Source: a virus. From it: 64,000 bases of DNA. The DNA lies in the IMG/VR virus record IMGVR_UViG_3300028027_000002, positions 1-64,000 of that record, one strand, 5' to 3'. The stretch's first letter is position 1. Each line of letters starts with the position of its first letter. Positions 56,267 through 64,000 of the stretch are shown here, piece by piece. The notes under the pieces are model-generated. The model was given only the letters and a program-made list of their open reading frames with translations, ran no database searches and was not told the origin of the DNA. A program made the translations under genes and the position numbers.

Positions 56267-59200
56267 TGTTTCAAGACAAAGATTTACTAAATCATATAGA
56301 GACAAGTTCGTCTATTAAGACACAGTCTGCAGTTATTGCTGAATGGAATATGAATATACATACAAATATTCTAGCAGTTGGAAATTATAGGTACCGTCCA
56401 AACCAATCATCTTCTATTTATAGAACAATTCCAAATACTTTTGCTTTAGAAAATAAAAATACTACTACAGCATTCTACTACGGTGCAACTGATGCAGATG
56501 TAGTTGTTGACGCAGGGTTTGAAAACAATGACTTACCAATGAGACTTGTTCCTAAAAAAGATAAACTAAAAATGCTTTACTCTTTAGAAGATTGCTTAAA
56601 GTCATTTAGACCAAGGTCTGGAATCAATAAGGCAATGTTTTTGGACGGAAGATTTCTTCACAATCCAGATATAAACATGGCTAGAAAACCAAGATATTAT
56701 ATGCCAGACAAAAATGATCCATTTAAATATTGGACATCATATAGAACTGAAAATGGAACTGAATATGGCATATCTAATAAGACAATCAATGGAAGACATG
56801 CAATTGAAGATGCTGCTCCATTTGTTGTTTATAAAGAAAAGATTCCAGCAAATAGAATTGTCGTAAAGATGCAAACAAACACAGGAGATATTAATTCTGG
56901 AGTATACACAAAAAAGTCTGGGTCTTTTTCAGATCCCTATTTTGGAGAACTAAATCAAACCACTCCAAGTGTTTGGAAAATTCAAGTATTAAAAAATAAT
57001 AGTTGGGTCGATGCATTATCATTCTCTGATCAAACCAGAAGAAAAGATGGAACACCAATAATACAGTCAGATGGATATGTTGAAATATCTTATGGTCTTG
57101 TAGTACCAAAAATCTATTCAGAAGTTTTTACTTATCGTGGAGAACTTTCATCAGTATCTCTTAAGCCAATTGTTGGAACAAGAGAAGGTGATGCCTTCCT
57201 AGTTATTGAAAATTCTGGGGATATTGGAGAGTATCATATTTGGTATAAGGATGAGTGGAAGATATTCGTTCCAACCTATGGCTGGAAGTTTCAAGAGCCA
57301 GAAGTTGATAGTTTTACAAATTTTGTTACTGAGTTGTCAGATCCTACAAAGTATATAGTAAGCGGAGAAACAAAATATAAAGAGTTTGAATATATTTCTG
57401 GAATAAGAGTTGTTGTTGATAGCATGAAGAAGTTTGACTCATCTTTTGACCTTATCGAACTTTCTCCAAGACTGACTGCAGACCTTTCAGACAGGGTAAC
57501 ATCTTTTAATATTAATAAAAGTGCTTCAGATTTAGGTGTAAGCGGTATGCCAGTAGGACAACTTCTTGCTTCTACTGGTAGCATTTCTTTTTTTGATTTT
57601 GATGATTCATTTAACGATAACAACATAAAAAGCATTGTTGCTAATAAAAAAATAAAAAATGTTCAAATTAAAATATATGAAGTTTTAACAGACGCCATTG
57701 GTATAAGTTACTATGTTCCAGTCAAGACAATGTATTCCGATGGATTTCCAAAAACAAACAATCAGTCAAAAGAGGTTTCTTTAGATTTAAGAGATCTGTA
57801 TTTTTATTTTGAGTCGCAAACTGCTCCAGAAATATTATCTACAAGCACATCCGTAAGTGCTGCAGTGTCATTACTTCTTGACTCTATTGGGTTTTCTAAT
57901 TACATATTTAAAAGGGTAGAGGGAGAATCTGAAATGGTAATTCCATATTTTTTCATTCCTCCAGACAAAAGCGTTGCAGAAGTCCTAGAGTCATTAGCCA
58001 TTTCTACCCAGACAGCAATGTTCTTTGATGAGTATAACAATTTTGTAATGATGAGCAAAGATTATATAATGCCAACAGAAGCACAAAGACCTACGGACCT
58101 AACATTTTACGGTTCATCAGACTCTGACGATGTCGAAGTTATAAAAAATAAAACAATCAAACCTAAACTTTCAAACATTATTGAGTTAACTAGTCAAAAC
58201 AATCAGGTTTATAATGGCGGGCAAATATCCTACACCACAAGGCATATACAAAGATCAGTTGGAACTATTAAAGAAGCCCTTATGGTTGACAGAGAAAGAT
58301 CTTATACATATAAACCAGTTCCTCTTTGGGAAGTCTCTGGGACAGAGTTTACAAAATCAATAAACCAAGAAGTTGGAAACATGTCTAGTTATTCTCTTAG
58401 CGCAATACCTTTAAACTCTTCACTCTCTTCTCTGGTTCCAACAGTTTCTAGCGGTAGGATTATTAACAATACTATCGATCTAGGGGAAGCAATATATTAT
58501 ATATCAAGATACAATGGATATTTTTACGCAAATGCAGAAATTATAAAGTATGATGCAGTTCAGTATAATGTTTCAGGTTCTGGAGATGTATGGATTAACA
58601 GTGTTGAGGAATACAGCAAGTACTTTGCGTCACTGCCTTTTAATGGGAAAATATATCCAACAGGTCTTATAAGAATATACTCTGAGCCAAACTATGAAGA
58701 AGTTAATGGTTTTTCTAGATTAAAAAATGGCGAGGTTGCAAAGCATGGAAGAGGACAGTTTGGAACTCCTGTTGTAGAGCATACGGCTGGACTAAGTGAT
58801 CACTGGTCAAACAATGATAACGTAAGAGGATGTAATATGGAATCTAAGTATTTGTTTAGGTTTAATCAGACTCTTCCAGCAACGACTCAAGATGTCTCAG
58901 CGGGAATCAACAATACTCTTGCTACAAAAACGACTAGAAACGGAATTATTAAAAATTTTTATTCTTCCAAATATATTGCAGAGTCTGAGATTAACAAAAT
59001 GCTTTCAGTTCAGGCAGGCACTGTACAGTCCTCAGCCCTAGTAATGAATGGTGCAGGATTCAAAACAACAGAATCCCCTACAGACTTTATCTCTTATGTA
59101 TACAAACCCCTAGACAACAACTATAAGCATTTTGGAACAAGGCTTAGAGTGATAGGAAGAATTAATGATAATGAAAAAAACGGTCAAACCCCAGTAGGAC

Positions 59201-60564
59201 TGGCAGAACTATACACTGTACCAGGTAAGACAGCGGATGAAAAAATAACTATATCTGGTGGTGGTGGAGGCCTTGGAATCATGGTTGATCCAAAAACAAA
59301 CGCTGGATACTTTTTTGAGATAATTGCTCTTGATGCAACTAAATTAACAGACAAACAAAGACAAAATGTTCATAACATTATTTTTTATAAAACTGCTCGT
59401 AAAGCAACAGAAACTGATCCAACCAAGCCAGCAATTCCAATTAAACTATATGAGGGTCTTGCAAACATATCTGTAGATGGAGGAGATTTTGCAGGACAGT
59501 ATAGGCTATCTGCTGAGCAAGATCCAACTGTGTATGACCTATCAGTAGAGTATCAGGATATTGGGTCAAGAAGAAAGTTTTTCTTATATTTAAATAATAA
59601 TCTTATTGCTACAGTATTTGATGATTCGCCACTAAAGGTATATAACAATGTTGCTCTTTTTGTTAGAGGGTCATCCAGAGTTATGTTTGAAAATGTATAT
59701 GCATTAGCAAATAACTACTCTCAAAATACTTCATTCGAACTAAACACTCCAATATCAAGTGTATTCGGTGACTCGAATGTAAATGCACACGACTCATTTA
59801 GAAAATATTCGATGAGCGGAATGGTTCAGGCATCCTATCTTTCTGGCATAGGTTCTTCACAGCCACCAAAGTTTAGCATGTACTTTGATGAGTTCGGAAC
59901 TATAATGAGAGAAGCCTCATCATTTAATTTTAAATATGATTTGGCATATCCAGCACTTTATGCAGAACTATCTCCGACTTTTAACAAACTAAAAGGATAT
60001 GTAGTTTCTGGATTTAGGGCAAGATCTTATGGAGCAGAGTTTTTAGTTTTCAATACAACAGATACTGCTTTAAATTTAGACGAAACAAGTCAAAACTATT
60101 TGAGAGTTCAGGGAGTTGCTTTTACTAATCAATCTCCAAACAACTTTACTGTTGACGAATACTTTTTAAAAAATAGTGACATGTCAGACCCACAGTTTGA
60201 CTCAACTGGTTTAATAACATCGGTAGGCAAAATAGCAAAGAACTATCAAGACATAAAGGCAAGCAGAATGCTATACGGAAGAAAAGATTTTTCTTTAGAT
60301 GTCCCATATGTTCAATCCAAAGACGATGCTGAATCATTAATGTCTTGGCTTGTACAGAAAATAACAAAGCCAAGAAAGTCTATAGGTCTTAAAATATTTG
60401 CAAACCCTATGATACAACTTGGGGATATTGTAAAGGTAGACTATGTAGAAAAGGGTATAAACAAAATTGACGAGGATGACTCTAGGTTTGTAGTGTACAA
60501 TATAGAGTATTCAAAAACAAAAGATGGCCCAGAAATGTCTATATTCTTAAGTGAGGTATTGTAA
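56266..60564 (+). CDS. Tail tip / hub protein
   Basis: 1432 aa; MFFDEYNNF and NPMIQLGDIV hub-like motifs; synteny. Confidence 0.65.
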   Translation: MFQDKDLLNHIETSSSIKTQSAVIAEWNMNIHTNILAVGNYRYRPNQSSSIYRTIPNTFALENKNTTTAFYYGATDADVVVDAGFENNDLPMRLVPKKDKLKMLYSLEDCLKSFRPRSGINKAMFLDGRFLHNPDINMARKPRYYMPDKNDPFKYWTSYRTENGTEYGISNKTINGRHAIEDAAPFVVYKEKIPANRIVVKMQTNTGDINSGVYTKKSGSFSDPYFGELNQTTPSVWKIQVLKNNSWVDALSFSDQTRRKDGTPIIQSDGYVEISYGLVVPKIYSEVFTYRGELSSVSLKPIVGTREGDAFLVIENSGDIGEYHIWYKDEWKIFVPTYGWKFQEPEVDSFTNFVTELSDPTKYIVSGETKYKEFEYISGIRVVVDSMKKFDSSFDLIELSPRLTADLSDRVTSFNINKSASDLGVSGMPVGQLLASTGSISFFDFDDSFNDNNIKSIVANKKIKNVQIKIYEVLTDAIGISYYVPVKTMYSDGFPKTNNQSKEVSLDLRDLYFYFESQTAPEILSTSTSVSAAVSLLLDSIGFSNYIFKRVEGESEMVIPYFFIPPDKSVAEVLESLAISTQTAMFFDEYNNFVMMSKDYIMPTEAQRPTDLTFYGSSDSDDVEVIKNKTIKPKLSNIIELTSQNNQVYNGGQISYTTRHIQRSVGTIKEALMVDRERSYTYKPVPLWEVSGTEFTKSINQEVGNMSSYSLSAIPLNSSLSSLVPTVSSGRIINNTIDLGEAIYYISRYNGYFYANAEIIKYDAVQYNVSGSGDVWINSVEEYSKYFASLPFNGKIYPTGLIRIYSEPNYEEVNGFSRLKNGEVAKHGRGQFGTPVVEHTAGLSDHWSNNDNVRGCNMESKYLFRFNQTLPATTQDVSAGINNTLATKTTRNGIIKNFYSSKYIAESEINKMLSVQAGTVQSSALVMNGAGFKTTESPTDFISYVYKPLDNNYKHFGTRLRVIGRINDNEKNGQTPVGLAELYTVPGKTADEKITISGGGGGLGIMVDPKTNAGYFFEIIALDATKLTDKQRQNVHNIIFYKTARKATETDPTKPAIPIKLYEGLANISVDGGDFAGQYRLSAEQDPTVYDLSVEYQDIGSRRKFFLYLNNNLIATVFDDSPLKVYNNVALFVRGSSRVMFENVYALANNYSQNTSFELNTPISSVFGDSNVNAHDSFRKYSMSGMVQASYLSGIGSSQPPKFSMYFDEFGTIMREASSFNFKYDLAYPALYAELSPTFNKLKGYVVSGFRARSYGAEFLVFNTTDTALNLDETSQNYLRVQGVAFTNQSPNNFTVDEYFLKNSDMSDPQFDSTGLITSVGKIAKNYQDIKASRMLYGRKDFSLDVPYVQSKDDAESLMSWLVQKITKPRKSIGLKIFANPMIQLGDIVKVDYVEKGINKIDEDDSRFVVYNIEYSKTKDGPEMSIFLSEVL

Positions 60565-61073
60565 TGGCAGTAGATGCAACAGCAAATCAGGCAACAACAA
60601 CTTGGGTATCTGACTTTGGTCGCAGTTCTGTAAAGGATCCAATTAAAGTAGCAACCCCAAATTTGGTAGAAATATTAAATCCACCACTTGACTACAATAC
60701 CATGACAGAACTTATATTTCAGGATATAGGTGGGCAAGAAATGATTAATATTTCTAGGTCTGATGCAATTAATGGACAAAATATTATGTATAGCATTATA
60801 AAAAATTTAAAAAATATAATGCTTGACTATAATTCTAATAATATAATCAAACTTCAGGGCACCTCCGATGTATATTTTAAGAACTTTGCAATAAGGCTTG
60901 AGGACAAACTGCCTATTCAGGCCTCATCAGAGCAGACACCAAACGTATATATTGAAAACAGCACTAACAATATAGTGGTTGAGTTAGTTAATCTTGAAGA
61001 AGATGAGCAGGTAGAGATCGAGATAATAAGCCAAGGATCTTACTTTGATGATATAATTGAGGATGGGGAATAA
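60564..61073 (+). CDS. Minor tail protein (hypothetical)
   Basis: Coupled ORF. Confidence 0.65.
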   Translation: MAVDATANQATTTWVSDFGRSSVKDPIKVATPNLVEILNPPLDYNTMTELIFQDIGGQEMINISRSDAINGQNIMYSIIKNLKNIMLDYNSNNIIKLQGTSDVYFKNFAIRLEDKLPIQASSEQTPNVYIENSTNNIVVELVNLEEDEQVEIEIISQGSYFDDIIEDGE

Positions 61074-61076
61074 TAG

Positions 61077-62240
61077 ATGATAACTAATGAAGGTAAAGGT
61101 ATTTTAGCAAAATATCTTGTAGGTCAGGCTCCAGCATTTGCTTCTTTTATTGCTATTGGTTGTGGAGCAACGCCAGTCTCTTCCTCCCACATTTTTTCAA
61201 ATTCTGAATTAAATGAAATAAAAAATAAAAAATCTTTAGACTTTGAGATGTTTCGTGTACCAGTAACCTCTAGAGGATATGTTACTGAAAACGGTGTAGA
61301 CAAGATTGTCTTTACTGGAGAACTCCCTACACTAGAAAGATATGAAATAACAGAAGTTGGACTTTGGTCAGCAGGATCTAATCCTAGCGCAAACTTTAAT
61401 GACAGTCGACCAATATTTTTGTTTAATGAGAATGAGTCTTGGCAAAATGTTAACACTCCTGGATCAGTAGTTGAACTAACACCATATACTGACAGACTAG
61501 ACTTAGATGGTGTACTAATCCCTACTGAAAAATCATTTATAACAAATTCAGACAACCCAACCTTCTTAAGACCAAAACGCTCTGGTAAGTATGAAGGATC
61601 TAGATTTTTAAATAATGTTATAGTTCTTAGAGGAGACCTATCAAAGATAGATACAGATCCAGATACTGGAATTTTGGAAATAAATCCAACCTCACCTAGC
61701 CATTTAAGACTAACGGCAGCGACACTAGATTTTGACAAGTCATCTCCAAAAGATGAGTTCAGATTGGCATTTTCTGTAATAAACAAAGATGAAGACAGGG
61801 ATAATATACAGCCTGAGAATGTAAAAATTGTTATAGAGTTTTCAGATAAGGATGTATTAGATGATAGTGAAAAAGAATATGCAAGGTTTGAAACAGTTCT
61901 TAATAAAGATGATGTTGACTTTGCAAATCAAAGATACTTTGTTTCTGTTACAAAATTTGAAGATCTATCTAGGAGTCCTGGTTTTACATGGAAGATAGCA
62001 AATTTGGTAAAAATTTATGTAACGATAGAGGAAAAAAATCCAAACACAAATATTGTTGCTATATCTGATCAATACTATGTTTGTCTTGACGCACTAAGAC
62101 TAGAAAATACAACGAACCTTAATCCTATATATGGATTAACAGGGTATTCAATTATAAAGACTGTAGACTCAAAACCTATTGTAAAAATTTCTAACAGTTC
62201 AAACCACATTGAATTTAGATTTGGTCTGGATGTTTTGTAG
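61077..62240 (+). CDS. Minor tail / baseplate-like protein
   Basis: MITNEGK, IAIGCG, ITEVGLW motifs. Confidence 0.65.
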   Translation: MITNEGKGILAKYLVGQAPAFASFIAIGCGATPVSSSHIFSNSELNEIKNKKSLDFEMFRVPVTSRGYVTENGVDKIVFTGELPTLERYEITEVGLWSAGSNPSANFNDSRPIFLFNENESWQNVNTPGSVVELTPYTDRLDLDGVLIPTEKSFITNSDNPTFLRPKRSGKYEGSRFLNNVIVLRGDLSKIDTDPDTGILEINPTSPSHLRLTAATLDFDKSSPKDEFRLAFSVINKDEDRDNIQPENVKIVIEFSDKDVLDDSEKEYARFETVLNKDDVDFANQRYFVSVTKFEDLSRSPGFTWKIANLVKIYVTIEEKNPNTNIVAISDQYYVCLDALRLENTTNLNPIYGLTGYSIIKTVDSKPIVKISNSSNHIEFRFGLDVL

Positions 62241-62740
62241 TGCTAGATCAAGGAATAAAAAAGGCGACAGTGTCAGAAGAAGACTTACCTTCTTTTAATG
62301 CAAGCAACTTGGGATATTTTGTTAGGTATAGAATTATCTCTAGTGATAAAAATAGATATTCACACTGGTCTCCATACTATTTTTTGCTTAAAGGGATAGT
62401 TCCAAAAGTTCCTTGCTCTGTTAGTGTTACAGGCACCTCTCTAAAGGTTATTAATATGGTTTGGCAACATCCAAAAATTTCAGATGATGCCGAAGAAACT
62501 GAAATATCGATATTTAAAGAATATGACATATACATAAGGACAAATCTTACATTTGACCCACTAGATCTTGACGATCCTTTGAATGGTTTTATTAGTATTG
62601 GAAGTTCTTCATCAACTCAGTTTTCAACTCTAGCACCTTCTGGCATATCTTGGTTTCAGGTTGCAATCCAGGTTCCTGTCTATCCAAAAGCCTATTCTTC
62701 AAATGCTGCAATTTTTACTTCAGCACAGACAAGCCTTTAG
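62240..62740 (+). CDS. Minor tail protein (hypothetical)
   Basis: YFVRYRIIS..NRYSHWSP. Confidence 0.6.
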   Translation: MLDQGIKKATVSEEDLPSFNASNLGYFVRYRIISSDKNRYSHWSPYYFLLKGIVPKVPCSVSVTGTSLKVINMVWQHPKISDDAEETEISIFKEYDIYIRTNLTFDPLDLDDPLNGFISIGSSSSTQFSTLAPSGISWFQVAIQVPVYPKAYSSNAAIFTSAQTSL

Positions 62741-62755
62741 TGGTATAATTATAGT

Positions 62756-63199
62756 ATGGCAAAAATACCCTTACCTGAGCGTGGTCAACCACTAGACGTT
62801 ACATATATCTATGAAATGGCACAAGCAATAAATGATTTGTCTAAAGAAGTATCTCCAGCCACCTATGACTATGTGACTGTTCAAACAGCAGACAATGGCC
62901 CACAAAACAGAAAGATTACAGAAGTCAGAATGCTTGGGGCATTGGCCAAGGTTGCAAGCAGCAGATCCGTTCTTGCTGGGGATCAATTGCCATTCAGTGT
63001 TTCTTTTGCTGGAGAGTTTAGGTTTCCACCAATTGTTACTGCAACTGCAGTCAATGCTGGTCAAACCCCAGCAGGTGCAAATGTCACATTAATTTTAAAT
63101 GATCCTTCAACATCTTCTGTTAATGGATTTGTTAAGTTTAACACTTCTGGTCTAGTGTCAGTCAATGTTAACTTAATGATTATGGGAATACCAAATTAA
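62756..63199 (+). CDS. Putative virion protein with H-lectin-like C-terminal domain
   Basis: F...FRFPPIVTAT motif; leaderless promoter 62741-62749. Confidence 0.5.
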   Translation: MAKIPLPERGQPLDVTYIYEMAQAINDLSKEVSPATYDYVTVQTADNGPQNRKITEVRMLGALAKVASSRSVLAGDQLPFSVSFAGEFRFPPIVTATAVNAGQTPAGANVTLILNDPSTSSVNGFVKFNTSGLVSVNVNLMIMGIPN

Positions 63200-63390
63200 T
63201 GCTTAAGTGTACAAAGTGCAAAGGAAGAATGTTTCTTGACAGACAGTACAGCACCATTGGTCACCTTGAAACATATTGCATGTCTTGTGGGAACAGAATT
63301 TTTTTTAATCCACCAACAAGTTCTGCGGAGGGTTTATGGCTATTAAAAAGGGAAGTATCGAGAGCGAAGGCTACAATGTCCTCCCTGTAA
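63199..63390 (+). CDS. Zn-ribbon protein
   Basis: CTKCKG...CMSCG. Confidence 0.7.
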   Translation: MLKCTKCKGRMFLDRQYSTIGHLETYCMSCGNRIFFNPPTSSAEGLWLLKREVSRAKATMSSL

Positions 63391-63878
63391 TTCCAGGGAA
63401 TCAAAAAGTTTGGTTTCTTAATGGAGACCTTGTAAGAGTTTACCATCTAAACAAGTCTAATGGAATAATGTCTGTTTACAATATCACAAAAGATCAGATT
63501 GAAAGTTGTTTAATTTCTGATTTTAAAAAGAATCGTGAAAGAGCATACACTGTTAGAGAGACTGCTGATTTAGTTAATCGTCACAAAAAATATATGCCAT
63601 CATTAATGAAACGAGGAGTCATTCCGTTTCCAATGGGGTCTCAAAAGGGTGGTGCAAGAGGATTTCAGGTAAGATCATATTACTCAGAATCGCAAGTAAG
63701 AGAGATACGTGATATACTTGCTACATACCATATTGGTAGACCAAGAAAAGATAATTTAATAACAAATGATATCACCCCAAGCAAGCAAGAGTTGACACGA
63801 AGAATGGGCGATGGTATACTTACATATACAAGAACTGAAGATGGTCGATTCATTCCAATCTGGTCTGAATCTATTTAA
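63336..63878 (+). CDS. Putative DNA-binding protein (MerR/Xis-like HTH)
   Basis: YTVRETADLVNR...RSYYSESQV; GGAGG SD. Confidence 0.6.
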   Translation: MAIKKGSIESEGYNVLPVIPGNQKVWFLNGDLVRVYHLNKSNGIMSVYNITKDQIESCLISDFKKNRERAYTVRETADLVNRHKKYMPSLMKRGVIPFPMGSQKGGARGFQVRSYYSESQVREIRDILATYHIGRPRKDNLITNDITPSKQELTRRMGDGILTYTRTEDGRFIPIWSESI

Positions 63879-63891
63879 CGAAGGGTATGAA

Positions 63892-64000
63892 ATGGAAAAC
63901 GAAGACACAAAGGTATCTGTTACACTTGGATACACACTTAACCTTGGCAACTTTCAATCGCTAAGACTTGATCTTGGAATTGTTGACTCAAGACGTAATG
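63892..64000 (+). CDS. Phage hypothetical protein, 5' part (..GYTLNLGNFQSLRLDLG..)
   Basis: Open frame to window end. Confidence 0.6.
   Translation, partial: MENEDTKVSVTLGYTLNLGNFQSLRLDLGIVDSRRN

Noticed and set aside
1-64000. Stop-codon reassignment, tRNA genes, introns or inteins
   Set aside because: Genes are intact in code 11 and use TAA, TAG and TGA stops; no cloverleaf or splicing motifs were noticed by eye (tRNAscan-SE not run)

Overview
A 64-kb segment of a large, AT-rich tailed dsDNA phage (siphovirus-type: HK97-fold head genes, no tail sheath, 3491-aa tape measure). The host is probably an Actinobacterium; this is inferred from pervasive leaderless extended -10 promoters, a Gram-positive-type LexA box and a secreted-type SLT/Rpf-like muralytic enzyme. 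Layout: (1) 1-3.8 kb: divergently transcribed early-type region of tiny SD-led ORFs around a repeat block with two DnaA boxes. It is dense in CRP/GlxR-like palindromes, has one SOS box, a phage-specific promoter class, and a repeated covarying structured-RNA element (GAGCC...GCAAAUAA). (2) 3.9-8 kb: two sulfotransferase-like paralogs, a 2OG-Fe(II) oxygenase, a DHH-like gene, a holin-like gene and a probable stand-alone small RNA. (3) 8-29.4 kb: fibre/decoration genes and two parallel cassettes in which a proline-repeat protein ending in the same C-terminal peptide ([12 protein letters not shown]) is directly followed by modifying enzymes (prolyl-hydroxylase-like 2OG-Fe(II) oxygenases, DUF6065-like, glycosyltransferase-like, nucleotidyltransferase). 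This is the best candidate for an undescribed phage-encoded virion-protein tailoring system. (4) class II ribonucleotide reductase. (5) 31.5-63.2 kb: portal, protease/scaffold, capsid, neck, tail tube, duplicated tail chaperones, tape measure, tail tip. (6) start of a regulatory/replication block. I recognised no terminase, integrase, tRNA, rRNA, CRISPR array or reverse transcriptase. All family calls come from motif recognition by eye, not from database searches.
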